From IMG/VR virus record IMGVR_UViG_3300047476_000159, positions 1 through 61,930 of that record: 61,930 bases of DNA; one strand, given 5' to 3'. The notes under the pieces are model-generated. The model was not told the DNA's origin. It worked only from the letters and a program-made list of their open reading frames with translations, and did no database searches. Source of the stretch: a virus. Its lineage: Duplodnaviria > Caudoviricetes. The position numbers and the translations under genes were made by a program. Numbering within the stretch: position 1 is the stretch's first letter; each line of letters starts with the position of its first letter. This document shows, piece after piece, positions 23,301 to 29,253 of this stretch.

Positions 23301-24040
23301 CTAACAACCTGAGCATCTTGGCTACAATTGTTCCTGGTGACGAAGTTATTATTACTAGTATGATGCCTAGCGCAACACCAAATGAAGAAGTATTCTTGAT
23401 GAATGTTTCTACTAGAGGTATAGGATCAGCATATCGTGCTAATACGATGACTAGAACATGGCTAACTGCTCCGTTGCTATCAACTGATACAACAATGTAT
23501 GTATATGACGCTACTAGATTGACTAATACTCATGTTCAAGCGGAAACAGTTCCGGCTGATATCGATGGTAATTACTATATAGGGTTGACTGAGGATAAGA
23601 GTATCATTACTCAAATTTCAGTTGAGAACTTAACTACTGGTCAAACAGTACCAGCAATATATTACAGTGTAATCCTACAAGATACTGCCCCTGTGTTAAA
23701 GATAACTAACGGGGTATCAGAAGGAGATAATCTAGTTATTACTGTAATCGTGGGCAATATTGTTTATATCAACGGAGAACAGATACGTTTTGGTGCTGTT
23801 AACCTAGAAAACAATACGTTGACAGGACTACAGCGCGGTGTTAACGGTACTGGTGTAAACTTATTGATACCAGAATATACTGAAATATACGGAATATTGT
23901 CTGAAAACAAAATGTCTGAAGTAGAGTACAACAGTACATGGAATTCTCCGGTTACCGCAGAATTTAATGTCAGCGCAGTTACTCCGCTACAGATATCCGA
24001 CACAGCAGGGGCAATTTTCTTAAATCAGGATATCACGTAA
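5312..24040 (+). CDS. Giant (6242 aa) virion structural protein, baseplate wedge/fibre-like and multidomain
   Basis: Uninterrupted 18.7-kb ORF after gp6. Contains FG-GAP-like propeller repeats (~12490-14100), ~14 'G-L-x-x-G-x-x-Y-Y-V' beta repeats, BNR-like propeller repeats (~19420-20350) and two 'NTL(S/T)GLxRGVNGT' motifs. Acidic and T/S/V-rich. Confidence 0.8.
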   Translation: MATRIRTLNFLPDVFKTQTNSQFLQATLDQLVAQPNTKRIEGYIGSKFGYGINAKDYYVTEPTKVRTDYQLDPGVVFLKDNQETAKDFISYPGIIDALKLEGGITSDNNRLFNNQFYSWDSFTGLDKIINFNQYYWLPEGPDRVTVATETVFSTNAYVVTDATNGYIIAPENQTGSMNPVLTLLRGGTYTFSVNQPTQFWIQGAPGVTGYSPTQPNVQTRDVLGVNNNGASAGVVTFTVPTKDAQAEYTNLPGTNTVDIVSTAPFDQINGKRLSEINNIDGITSLSGLTLMFYNTGVVNETGYISKFYDTTLYDEDGGVSYNESMYPGSAVDFNNFDGGYYTNVSGTIYTVTYTGDLSDPTIKLIDTGSIPTNQKITVNYGTEWISRNFFRNIAGTIELIPYLSAILDTLYYQDGTNPNKVGVIKLIDSNVTNTLDIETEILGRKQYTASNGVVFTNGLKVVFQGDIYPSSYKNIPFYVEGVGTAIELIPESDMIVPELFTQGTYTPYDSLPYDIGNFDVTLYVPVTPDYITIARNSIDKNAWSRSNRWFHIDVINATATYNQNPSYVTQAATSENKAKRPIIEFYPNLRLFNSGIIGKAPIDFIDFRSTDALSEVSGHYEYYPDVASYTGYDSVITGVSGTSTLSGITETKASTNVVICADTSSLFVNDIIVFANSIGGIVAGTTYYVQSIPNSTQFTVSTEKNGDPLVLSTATVSTSATVTPQSTTITLLTDSIVGSIAVGQYVVDTYESTTDVSVLPTNTYVSAVEAGTTETVITVSWNLNVPITINSVTNSCINSTDTTVDNYAVFDGARLVFAADSNLSVRNKIYVARMSSIAGSTPVITLTEASDGQILVDDQTVAYRGFNYQGKDLYFNGLHWVLGQQKNTINQPPKFDVFDSNGVSLSNSDIYVGSSFTGTTLFSYGIGVGADDSILGIPLRYSSVDNIGDISFDVTLNSDTFDYVSGTSPVTEKINIGYVYDYSSRLDYTRQLGWQTAVSPSIQYQVFSFDYVAENPTSTFVCDVAVSSDDSTNWPTIQVFINNEYQDPANYTVSSTDNTTTVELSVNSLVDTVVQILVLSDQVSKTAYYQIPWNLNNNPLNQDITVVNVGDIRGQYQSIFYNNPNTTGVVFGSNNYRDLGNMVPWGNKIIQNSASLVLPGAFLRQQNHNLFDALQYNSQRYITFKTMLVDTVNSTEYTVYTPPAQMLDDALDQMSSYKTDSEPFFWSDMLPSKAAYITNTYSFANSLDVSIYPLSRIYDLTTANYYGVLVYLSRTVDGLSNTTQLIRGIDYTVSADSPSLTIETDLLPGDTITIKEYNQTYGSYCPNTPTKLGLYPATVPGVVLDSAYTQPTYFIVGHDGSFNKLYGSYNETTGQLEDFRDKVLLEFETRVYNNLKLSNVIPVQEYEVLPGFFRNTDYSYSEIMNIYSEGFLNWIGQNRIEYKRQIYQNGNQYSYNYRNSGNKLDGAPIEQGYWRGMYQYFYDTSTPDTTPWEMLGYKNEPSWWESRYGAAPYTSDNLVLWGDLANGYDWNNGVPVTLEQYKRPGLLSVLPVDTAGNLVSPLVSIVGNYNSNTFQRDWQVGDVGPAEFSYRRSSSWPFDLMRILALTKPAEFFTLAIDVDHYKYNVEFNQYLVNNRSHLVLSDIDIYGSGEAVTSYINWIVDYEKQVGVDATAQIQDMLNTLDVRLVYRLAGFSDKDLLKFYVEKGTPNSNNSSLLIPDESYGVLLYDNQPFEQITFSGVVVQLSTNGYKVYGNSQTTAYFKTVKPKINGNYNNVIIEDVSVRIPNDYYDDVVLVPYGTEFYTAQEVAIFLAGYGKFLESQGMIFNQIENGIELTWAQMVAEFLYWSQMGWEVGSIATINPAAGRILIDKDSNIVQPLTLEKHNFVLNQTLFPIDVNNLSIVRDNTAFTVEPLNQGDTLSYGQFNVSNFEHGIVFDNTTLFGDVIYNLVTGLRQVRIVVRGTKTAEWNGTIDAQGFILNQDNIVEWSTTRKYAPGEIVKYKNKYWTALRLIQQTTKFNELDWKETDYNEVQKGLLPNSQTRSYESSLYYDVNKANLENDADLLSFSLIGYRPRDYMALADLTDVTQVNVYKNLIKNKGTLNAASAFKGASLAQGGIDYDIYENWAIKTGEFGGVLNSNFVDVKLNETELTNNPSIVALTDSNDIQGAQQNIPLYSIFNYGRPITTPNVLATVPNDTPSTVYPTAGYVNYGDVKMASYFYSGLPTATDQYGSLVSLKKLYVRDYVWLANYLQEWQVLTPLSLGPVIQAKNNLNSTVTITFANPHNLTKYQIFALVNFNDNIDGYYVAAAIVDPYKIIINLSLDPTVKSVTGQGVGFKFQSQRVDSPADIGTLPLTNAEFTKNTVWVDTNTDGSWAVYRKSLNYAIDSEITKLESDTFGSAVACNTQLGYLISDAEKGRVYRYRLNALSNTYDIEQTIPALEDPAQPTLGTAIAYSGNTIVISETSGNVYVYELTMTTLQDELVLVQTIPAPVGVSVWGQSVAISGDLNWLYVSTEDAEVYVYQLVDGTYEEVTTLTVAGVVSADNFGYSIATNYYGDKVIIGTPDKDYDVNTDNWGYTYVFDRIVQNIEVQYTNSIYAPQTLPMIWDSSSDPLIVSRNGTVVDSANYVVGTSEITFNMELTAGDIITLSGSNFVLVQTLTTETTPKIGVQFGNSVDINTYGTEILVGAPFELNSQLNEGAVYRYTDGGGKYGQIIGTSECLITTNRVILLNGFAITLIAGNAAQTAQTINSANVTNVTASSNDNKLTIELIDSSLASANDKLSLSVLDETTLEELGISIFTQTQVIDCPHNNGQTQFGTVVKFNEFGSFIVSAPVASRFTATTFDFSDDETNDNDTVFDNNTTTWIDSFANAGAVYMYDYLGVYNESLGNIGKFVYAQSLNDTNLDYGSEPRYGTALDFNGYQVLIGTPGFKPNDVNGQVIAYVNNTSTQDWSVYRSSSEVVDVQKIQNVQIYSASTYDTLENIDYLDPLQGKLLGAVAENIDVVSNTDPATYNNTGSITSGLVWGEEHLGQIWFDTSNVRFINYHQNDNTYNSKWWGKVFPGSDVAVYTWVSSNVLPINYSGPGVAYDTSMYSIRFVTTQAGGLAPVYYFWARNTNIIVKDLGKTLADSVIQSYIAQPASSGIAYMTPILPNAFALYNTAGYVNNTDSVLHIGFGTGTSDDVSHSQYSLIRANYADDFLPGLPDNNVIEVPESLYDRLLDSLCGVDEAGGVVPNPYLPKPVQSGILARPRQSFFYNRFLALKNYLVYANEVLAQFPITEIRQASFLSRSGLFFDTADYWEYVNWWATGYNDNTKAALQVPIYADLATLTVTPGTIVSVAENGVGATETYVLESDGSWTRIGLQNGTVQFKSSLWDYETARLGFGDNFFDTTDYDQYPSEETRYIVRALNEEIYIDDLQIFRNKSLILLFEYIQSETIENQSYLPWLNKTSFIDVAHTIRELKPIEVFQSDNQDFLSGYLNEVKPYHVVIKEFLFKYTGQDVFEGDITDFDLPATYNTSIDQYVTPQLVYENPNTTNQFLPSDSIWQQTQYKQWFDNHGLTITGQDNVQMTTLASYIALNSNAFAVDNASGFPINGTIKIFDSTDTSTSPAYELIGYANVDRATNTLSGLTRGVNGTPIMTHIPGQQIYIDLPAVLLLNGGRNYSEPPKVTAYIDTTLYPEPTVPAQLKAIMNLDSVLSIEVINPGQGYAVLPKIIIDPAATIAFNSSAVNTLYNTIVLYAPILATGDIVEYDIGSETTAIGGLIPGQHYYVNVLETVPSVVVALYTTARDAELDENRVKLYSAGSGPDHKFSLGAIASCISSSYPVRQNQISLRFDRTSYNSQVTNWHPAEFYGSFYAGSYNNNDSVSSSSITLYDTQPPVNTILASAQGVGFEILSVTDQETVTWSSRTRDVVSTFADDRVRISPSDGGSPVTPGTELTATIGFYVGMPVKFKGAVGSSGLVDSTVYYVKSLIGSEYLTLSSNKELTDTVNLSAYTVGVAGLWLYVGEVVNTTIAEITYPGIIQVTNTTATTNVLTAPLNATGTGGTHGFFTGLALIFTGNVFGNVIENELYYVTSVIGNENQQFTMSTSNQPVQINITETESGTNIVTSDGTVSLSLNDPIVFDNMIIDDEVVTNFGGIEQNTIYYVQAVLNGSQFKIATTINSGDVVTLSDVPANPNHTSCILTSQVDTVELSTATGSMTMNVNLPVSPGQIDGQQFTLYNTSAQYVNITGTESNELTRVIDKTLESPVNRVFITEASDGILNVYDGMPIEVEAAIGNLTTGTTYYVNEFGATEITITNTSSSGNMLTCDDTDIIYENMPIIFSDQSLGGVLIGVSYFVKDIVSSTQFTISVVPGGTEVTLFNDNGTMVGTGEPYMILENSSHVIVNPGTADGPVNMVQTPTVTAEFSVSSMLGGYRAVITNAGEGYAVDNVITVLGEDLGGTTPANNLTMTVNTIGTNGEILSLIRSGTPAGPENQYYFDVVSDNQVAVYSNSLMTVPVPRNEFPYYGIVSTTVTELDGTDIIVSDETGFELNDNVVFTGSIAGNLVLGQTYYIVSLSPLQVSEVPGGSAMTVGTATETDFTIAKPGDYALLPEPFYFNQSVVKYNNRVYRCIVSNNDNEFIFGKWELLSSGDRALNAMDRAVGYYQPTVNMPGLDLTQLFEGVTYPNSTYKGNAFAPAQEFELDTILQDQPFYPTEVDISAVIWDGTRYIAPSNTPTYSAILLSADGDEWTIDKLADQNIYLTDIIYAGGKYVMTSNNSATPILISDDGTAWISNGEFTPWSAVPYDSTTFDVSSVLANSSSLNSVTYHNGLYVAAGDNIVVSTDLYGWTETYPASSSYSHSLNGVEYISIPNFDGYVVVGYDKELSDSVINSVLMLSLDGDNWYSPTNVLTNYAFNAVTSDGNKILVIGDNSTRFVSVNGSNWANYSESGSGNENLVHAIYANGIFVVVGDNGTIQTSTDATSWTTQVSGTTENLTHVAWNSDDSEYIVVGDNNTILKSSNGTSWTSSSLFTAEPTVYNVQGETFTAGYGPEEIVPGVVSDSVTMIVSTRPGTNWDATIYQHVGYKTVSLELTPLVEIQTLYSFLDAVQTPTQISVSVIDGVTNLSTTLYPSVDYTVNWMQETVTLATPLSLADKLRIDIYEPGNGNQLVKANTQTDPISYNESTGFQEIVVSCNYSATSFAGSGIIRPGSNPIDTIATATIATSNSIVCGDVSDFVVNYPVYFQGNVLGGLVEDTVYYVKTISYATGSITVSASYNVSSGTAGPTFELTDDTGIMRVIIQLGSGTTWTDPIMYHNGQKLLSGVTSTVTRTKSSTNAITCNNTSAFVVGTKVSFSQTMFGNDIQPLTTYYIKSIVDGNEFTISETLDGPTLELGDATGGATLITNDYAFGIASNGVSAKIILAAEYDQNVDYLTYTLFGETTPQYGYTLPETQYFNGNGAQYIFDLENFNGGENPTNAIVEIDGVRLTESEYTISDIADTITLTSPVLVGSTLAVTTFNDTQRQYFNTQYGITGTPGSASVDLVVGEAVDNVVGFDDEGFDSAGFTGFTSELVIAGSFEIDSQYQIASLGTTDWNVVAGTTGIIYVVGDTITAVDAGSGNGTAYSLSLGYFDEELYWLELSSGNTTEFSVNDKIVFADPTIGGIVAGQSYYISEILSDSAFSVSTQVGGAAIQLTSETGAMDAIVNSLTVANIVNINNTITSPIASSAVTEVGVSGTNELTTSSTTNYVVGQPVQFKGVAIGNVLTDGTVYYVKDIVSSTAFTISILSDLSIEFDTGVGIGNMMAYVGGQPAVRVTTGVPHNLSENSLVRIDGTNGSIQLNNNTYYAKIITTTEFDLYTSPYDPSYGAVNDPVTAISAYTSGGYVWRDGVFTLITTNATQTSDSVVPNNYITVESTSKLVRNTPVYFTEVGKLIGDTTLGGLVIGTMYFVKEIANATDFSVSLTRDGDVVSLTYETGSMNVTQWEQSNVDRLWVTINGLRVPSSSLRLNPANNLSILATIVPGDEVIITSMMPSATPNEEVFLMNVSTRGIGSAYRANTMTRTWLTAPLLSTDTTMYVYDATRLTNTHVQAETVPADIDGNYYIGLTEDKSIITQISVENLTTGQTVPAIYYSVILQDTAPVLKITNGVSEGDNLVITVIVGNIVYINGEQIRFGAVNLENNTLTGLQRGVNGTGVNLLIPEYTEIYGILSENKMSEVEYNSTWNSPVTAEFNVSAVTPLQISDTAGAIFLNQDIT

Positions 24041-24042
24041 AA

Positions 24043-24050
24043 GATAAATA
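24043..24050 (+). promoter_or_regulatory. T4-like late promoter
   Basis: GATAAATA, 5 nt before the ATG at 24056. Confidence 0.7.
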
Positions 24051-24055
24051 AATAC

Positions 24056-24211
24056 ATGAACGAAAATACGGAAGAAAAATCGCTTAAAAAAGACGAACAG
24101 ACCGGAGAAAAGAAGCCAAACGAAACGGGCGGCTTCTACTTCTCGTCCTTCCTAAAAATCACAGATCCTAACACTAAACAAGTACTGGTCCAAACGAGGG
24201 GCGACAATTAA
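24056..24211 (+). CDS. Small 51-aa protein (MNENTEEKSLKKDEQTGEKKPNETGGFYFSSFLKITDPNTKQVLVQTRGDN), not in the ORF track
   Basis: ATG 5 nt after TAAATA. Its TAA overlaps the next ATG (TAATG). The C-terminus resembles the N-terminus of the next protein. Confidence 0.75.
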   Translation: MNENTEEKSLKKDEQTGEKKPNETGGFYFSSFLKITDPNTKQVLVQTRGDN

Positions 24212-24831
24212 TGTCAGTAATTAACTTATCATACAAAGTAGAAGGCTTTTTGAAAGTCTACGATCCGAACAACGGAGAAGTATTCGTAGACAAGAAAAAT
24301 GCTATCAACTACGAAAACATGTCAGAAGCTATCGCTGACACACTAAGCAGCCGAGGGTACGGGCAAATTTATCAAATGGCTTTTGGTAACGGTGGAGCAT
24401 CGGTCGACAATACCGGTATTATCACATACCTACCCCCAAACACTACGGGTCAGAATGCTGCCCTTTATAACCAAACTTACGCTAAGATTGTAGACGATAA
24501 CTCCGTTTTCAACTTAGATCCCACACGCAACAAAATGACAGTAAACCATACTACAGGTAAAGTTTATACTGATATTTTAGTGCAGTGTCTGCTAGATTAC
24601 GGTGAGCCTGCTGGGCAGGCCGCGTTCGACAACAGCACACAAACCGACGGATCCTATATTTTCGATGAATTGGGTCTATTGGCTAATTACGGAACAGACA
24701 GTGACGGAAACGTAATCACTAGATTACTGACCCATGTCATTTTTCACCCCGTACAGAAGTCTTTGAACAGACAGATTCAGATCGACTACACAGTTAGAAT
24801 TCAGAGTCTGACTAACTTAGTTACAATTTAA
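24211..24831 (+). CDS. Baseplate/tail-fibre attachment structural protein
   Basis: 206 aa in the structural operon. The C-terminal 'FDELGL...LLTHVIFHPVQKSLNRQIQIDYTVRI' resembles phage tail-fibre attachment domains. Confidence 0.6.
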   Translation: MSVINLSYKVEGFLKVYDPNNGEVFVDKKNAINYENMSEAIADTLSSRGYGQIYQMAFGNGGASVDNTGIITYLPPNTTGQNAALYNQTYAKIVDDNSVFNLDPTRNKMTVNHTTGKVYTDILVQCLLDYGEPAGQAAFDNSTQTDGSYIFDELGLLANYGTDSDGNVITRLLTHVIFHPVQKSLNRQIQIDYTVRIQSLTNLVTI

Positions 24832-24839
24832 GATAAATA
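24832..24839 (+). promoter_or_regulatory. T4-like late promoter
   Basis: GATAAATA upstream of the tail-fibre gene. Confidence 0.7.
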
Positions 24840-24862
24840 ATAGAATATCGGAGTAATTCAAC

Positions 24863-26062
24863 ATGGCATATACGATTGTTAAAAGTGATGGTACAGTTCT
24901 AACAACCATTGCTGATGGTACTATAAACACAACTAGTACTACATTAGGTTTACCAGGGCGTAACTACGCTGGCTACGGTCAGAGTTTAGATACGAACTTT
25001 GTACACCAGTTAGAAAATTTTGCTGATTCGACCCCACCGGCGAATCCATTGCGAGGTCAATTATGGTTTAACACCAACGACAGCACGTTGTATGTTTGCC
25101 CTAGCGATGGTGCTGCCCAGAGCGCATGGTTGGCATTAACTTCTACTAGTTCTGGTGGTACTACTACATTCGGTTCTGTCACAGTTACCGGAACATTGCA
25201 AGCAAATAACGTAGTTGCTACATATGCGGTTACTTCTGACAGCGTTAGTTGTACTACATTGACTGTTACTGGTAACGCATCATTGACTGGTAATACAGCA
25301 ATCTCAAATGCTAACGTTTCTACACTACGTACAACATCAATAACTACGGGATCACAGTCAACAGCAGGTACTATTACAGGTGCTTGGACAGTAAACGGTG
25401 CTAGTTCCGGTAATGCTATGATTGTTACTGGTGGTAACATTTTTGCTAACGTCGGTATTCGTACAGATGGTTACTTCTATGCGAACGGCGATCCGTTTAA
25501 CCCATCTGGTACATATAACAACGGTAACGTGTTTGATTATATGACAGGTTCTAACTCTGTTACTCAATTCTCCGGAAATATAGCTCCTACAAAGGTTACT
25601 ACTACCGCAATCGCAGGTGGTGGATCAATCGCAGGCATTTGGACTTTAGCAAGTGGCGCACGATTAAATGCTACATACGCTGACTTGGCAGAACGCTTTG
25701 AAGCTGATACGTCATATGACGCTGGAACAGTTGTTGAGTTAGGTGGAGACAAAGAAATCACTGCGGTTCAATATGAATTGTCTGAAGATGTATTTGGTGT
25801 TGTGTCAGATACTGCGGCTTATTTGATGAATGCGGGCGCAGGCAACGATCAAACTCACCCACCGGTAGCGGTTGGTGGTCGTGTAAAAGTTAAAGTAACT
25901 GGTAAAGTTAAGAAGGGTCAACGTTTAGTTTCCGCAGGTAATGGTATAGCACGTGCGGCTAAACAAGGTGAAGCTAACTCATTCAACACTATCGGTAGAG
26001 CGCTGGCAGCTAAGACAACTGATTCCGTTGGCGTAGTTGAAGCATTCGTATCAATTAAATAA
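24863..26062 (+). CDS. Tail fibre/spike protein with a C-terminal intramolecular-chaperone/autocleavage-like domain
   Basis: N-terminal 'GRNYAGYGQ...NFVHQLENFA...P.NPLRGQLWFN' fibre anchor, T/G-rich beta shaft, then a 'YADLAERFEAD...GTVVELGGDKEI...GRVKVKVTG' domain. GGAG RBS. Confidence 0.7.
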   Translation: MAYTIVKSDGTVLTTIADGTINTTSTTLGLPGRNYAGYGQSLDTNFVHQLENFADSTPPANPLRGQLWFNTNDSTLYVCPSDGAAQSAWLALTSTSSGGTTTFGSVTVTGTLQANNVVATYAVTSDSVSCTTLTVTGNASLTGNTAISNANVSTLRTTSITTGSQSTAGTITGAWTVNGASSGNAMIVTGGNIFANVGIRTDGYFYANGDPFNPSGTYNNGNVFDYMTGSNSVTQFSGNIAPTKVTTTAIAGGGSIAGIWTLASGARLNATYADLAERFEADTSYDAGTVVELGGDKEITAVQYELSEDVFGVVSDTAAYLMNAGAGNDQTHPPVAVGGRVKVKVTGKVKKGQRLVSAGNGIARAAKQGEANSFNTIGRALAAKTTDSVGVVEAFVSIK

Positions 26063-26071
26063 GGATAAAAC

Positions 26072-27022
26072 ATGAGTTACGCACAAAATGGATTAATAGA
26101 AGCAACAGACTTCAATACGTTGGTAGGCGGTAACCCTGTCACATCATCCGGTAAATTGAACACAGTTTGGGCTACCGGTGGTACTAACGCTGGTTATGGT
26201 CAAACTGCTGAAGCTAACGTAGCAGTCGGTGGCACTGTTACTGCTACTAGCTGGGCAAACTTAATTAACAAAACATCTAACGCAGCCTCACATCAAGGGT
26301 CAAGTATTACTTCAATTGCAGCTCCGGTATCAGGCGGTACTGTTACTTACTTGTCAGCCATCCCTACTAACCTCACTACGATATACAGTGGTAGACTCAA
26401 TGCGGCATCACAAGGTGCTACTACATCTAACACTGCTACGTATGGTTCTACTTGGGCAGCAGGTTTAACATTCACACATACTGTTACTTTTGCTAGCGGA
26501 GATGCGGCACGTTATTTCTTCAACGCCGGCGGTCAGTTGAAAGTAACATGTTCACACCCTACTGGTACTGGTATTAATTTATTGTTCAATAACTTAGCAA
26601 GTAACGTAGGTACAATAGCAATGAGTAGCCCAACATCAGGTTCTGTTACTATCGCTGGTACAAGTTATAATGGTATTACTAAAGTCGGTGGTGGTGGTAA
26701 CGCCCCTACTATTTCTACTAATAGCGGTTACTATGCTATGACAACAGGTAACGCTACAGTTTTCACACAGACTGCTAGTACAGGTCCTAGTGGATACCTA
26801 AGCACTTTCATTCGTGTTATTGCTAAGAGTAACGGTACACAAGGATCGAACGGTGACGCCGGGTCAGTAATTACGTTATACACTATATGGGACGAAGTTC
26901 CAGATGGTATGACAGTCGCAACGGGTTCAGCAACTACAGTCACTGTGGCAGCGCCCGAAACAACATATTTAGCCAATACATGGGGTACTATTACAGTATC
27001 CGGTACTGTATCAGGTTCATAA
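26072..27022 (+). CDS. Virion structural protein (T/G/S-rich, tail-associated)
   Basis: AAGGA RBS, beta-rich T/G/S composition, 'ARYFFNAGG' motif. Last gene of the structural block. Confidence 0.6.
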   Translation: MSYAQNGLIEATDFNTLVGGNPVTSSGKLNTVWATGGTNAGYGQTAEANVAVGGTVTATSWANLINKTSNAASHQGSSITSIAAPVSGGTVTYLSAIPTNLTTIYSGRLNAASQGATTSNTATYGSTWAAGLTFTHTVTFASGDAARYFFNAGGQLKVTCSHPTGTGINLLFNNLASNVGTIAMSSPTSGSVTIAGTSYNGITKVGGGGNAPTISTNSGYYAMTTGNATVFTQTASTGPSGYLSTFIRVIAKSNGTQGSNGDAGSVITLYTIWDEVPDGMTVATGSATTVTVAAPETTYLANTWGTITVSGTVSGS

Positions 27023-27058
27023 TTTTTACTACATCTTAGTATCCGTGTAAATATACAC

Positions 27059-27364
27059 ATGGATACTAAGACTCTAATCTCCGAAGCAAAAGCCCGCTTC
27101 AATCACAACTCAGCAAAAGCATACCTAAAAGACAAATATGACGGCAAACTTATTGTAGCCGATCAAGGTGGTCTTTGGAAAGCCACACCTGAACTAATAG
27201 GCTACTTAGCTAGCAATACCTCTGAGCATGTAATATTAATCGATACCTTCGAAAACCCAGTGTTTGTGAACCGTGTCACACTACATGACGTATTGAGTAA
27301 AGCATATGACGATGCTATGCAACAGTGGTATACAGAATGGAAAGAGTTGGAAGCTAAACGATGA
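27059..27364 (+). CDS. Hypothetical protein (101 aa)
   Basis: ATG 5 nt after TAAATA. Coupled to the next gene through ATGA. Confidence 0.75.
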   Translation: MDTKTLISEAKARFNHNSAKAYLKDKYDGKLIVADQGGLWKATPELIGYLASNTSEHVILIDTFENPVFVNRVTLHDVLSKAYDDAMQQWYTEWKELEAKR

Positions 27365-28164
27365 ATCGCGGCGCCCTACTCTTTGCGTTCAATTCTCCGA
27401 AATATGATTATTACAAAATGGCTGTAGCAACAGCTAAACGTATCAATCATTTTTTGAAGCTGCCTGTCACGGTTGTCACTGACGAAAAATCTGTACCAGA
27501 CTTACCTGATTATCAGTTTGACAATGTTATAATTGTGGAACCAGATAAGAACAACATCAGAGACCATAGTGTATGGATTAACAAGGGCAGATATCAGGCT
27601 TATCAATTAAGCCCATACGATGAAACATTATTGATTGACACTGACTACATGGTCAATTCTGACAAATTACTGAAGTTGTTTGAGTTGAATACTGATTTCT
27701 GTTGTCATGATACTACTAGTTTTTTAATGCATCCTGGGGTAGCACAAGAAGTACTCAGTGCTTATAGTTTTAAAACACTATGGGCTACTGTTGTTATGTT
27801 TAAGAAAACACAAAGATCGAAACAAATATTTGAATGCTTAGAAATGGTTCAAAAGAACTACGACCACTACGCAAATATTCATAATTTTATTGCAGGTGTT
27901 TTCAGAAACGACTATGCGCTAACACTAGCAACAAGGATTGCTAATGGGCACACTAGCCCTAAAGAAGATGTTATCCCGTGGAACTTAGTTCACGTTGGTA
28001 AAAACACTAGCGTATACAGAAACAATGATGATGAATTCAACACTGAATATACTGTGATGTATGATAATTGGCAACGTGGTAAAATACGTAAAGAATATTG
28101 TACTATAAAAGATACAGATTTTCACGTAATGAATAAAGATATTTTTATGGAGCTCATAGCATGA
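27361..28164 (+). CDS. GT-A fold glycosyltransferase-like protein (GT8-like)
   Basis: 'SPYDETLLIDTD' DxD motif, 'FRNDYAL' and a C-terminal 'FHVMNK' His. Confidence 0.65.
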   Translation: MNRGALLFAFNSPKYDYYKMAVATAKRINHFLKLPVTVVTDEKSVPDLPDYQFDNVIIVEPDKNNIRDHSVWINKGRYQAYQLSPYDETLLIDTDYMVNSDKLLKLFELNTDFCCHDTTSFLMHPGVAQEVLSAYSFKTLWATVVMFKKTQRSKQIFECLEMVQKNYDHYANIHNFIAGVFRNDYALTLATRIANGHTSPKEDVIPWNLVHVGKNTSVYRNNDDEFNTEYTVMYDNWQRGKIRKEYCTIKDTDFHVMNKDIFMELIA

Positions 28165-28919
28165 CCCATGGTTTTGTTATAATGGCACAGGGTGATGATT
28201 ATATTAAATGTGCCACCGCATTGAAAGATAGCATTATGCGAGTTATGCCATCAAGTAACGTAACAATCATTACAACTGAAATGTTACCTTACGGTGACCA
28301 AGCACCTGACACTAATTGGAAATTACAAAACGATTGGCAAGTTTATGAAGCTAGTCCATACGATGAGACTATAAAACTAGAAGCTGATATGATTATTCCT
28401 AGAAACATAGACCATTGGTGGGAAATTCTAGGACAAAAAGATATTGTCGTGTGCTCAAAAATTAGAGACTTTAAAGGTGAACTCTCATCCAATCGAGCAT
28501 ATCGTAGGTTTATATATGATAATAACTTACCTGACTGTTACAATGCTATAACATACTTTAGAAAATCTGAGTTATCAGAAAAGTTTTTCAAAATAGTACG
28601 TGATGTGTTTGAGAACTGGGCACAATATAAACAAACGTTGAAATGTAATCCACAAGAAGAAGCAACTACTGATTGGGCTTACTCTATCGCTAGTCACATC
28701 ATAGGTGTAGAGCATACCTTACTGCCCAACTTTGACGAATTATCAATGACACACATGAAGCAATTTGTTAATGGTATGCCAACGTCAATATGGACTGATA
28801 CTTTAGTGGCAGAATGTTTGCCAAATCAGATTAGAGTAAACACCTACCCACAACAATACCCGTTCCATTATCATGTGAAATCTTTTGCTAACGTTTTATT
28901 GGAGGCATACCATGAGTGA
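28161..28919 (+). CDS. GT-A fold glycosyltransferase-like protein, paralog of the preceding gene
   Basis: 'SPYDETIKLEAD' (ExD), 'TTDWAYS' and 'FHYHVK' align with the motifs of 27361-28164. Confidence 0.6.
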   Translation: MTHGFVIMAQGDDYIKCATALKDSIMRVMPSSNVTIITTEMLPYGDQAPDTNWKLQNDWQVYEASPYDETIKLEADMIIPRNIDHWWEILGQKDIVVCSKIRDFKGELSSNRAYRRFIYDNNLPDCYNAITYFRKSELSEKFFKIVRDVFENWAQYKQTLKCNPQEEATTDWAYSIASHIIGVEHTLLPNFDELSMTHMKQFVNGMPTSIWTDTLVAECLPNQIRVNTYPQQYPFHYHVKSFANVLLEAYHE

Positions 28920-29253
28920 AGATTATGTTATTATTTGGGAACCACCCAAACAAGAGCCTCCTGAATTTCGTTTGTATTATGACGATAAGGGACATGTAGT
29001 TACCTACACTTGTGAAAAATTAGAAGGAAACTATATTGTCATTGATGCGTCAACGTTTGCCCAAGCAAGACCCGATGTTAGGGTAGTAGATGGTAGGTTG
29101 AGCAATATAGCAGACGTAGTTGTAGTTGCCCGTTTAGAACCAAATGACCACGAAGGGGTATTGTGTTCTAGTGAAGATGTTAGTATAATAGTAAACGAAA
29201 CCTTTGACGGTGGCGTAACTAAATGGAAATTACAAGTATATGAACTTAGATGA
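28912..29253 (+). CDS. Hypothetical protein (113 aa)
   Basis: A GGAGG RBS precedes the ATG at 28912, which is preferred over 28885. Overlaps both neighbours. Confidence 0.7.
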   Translation: MSEDYVIIWEPPKQEPPEFRLYYDDKGHVVTYTCEKLEGNYIVIDASTFAQARPDVRVVDGRLSNIADVVVVARLEPNDHEGVLCSSEDVSIIVNETFDGGVTKWKLQVYELR

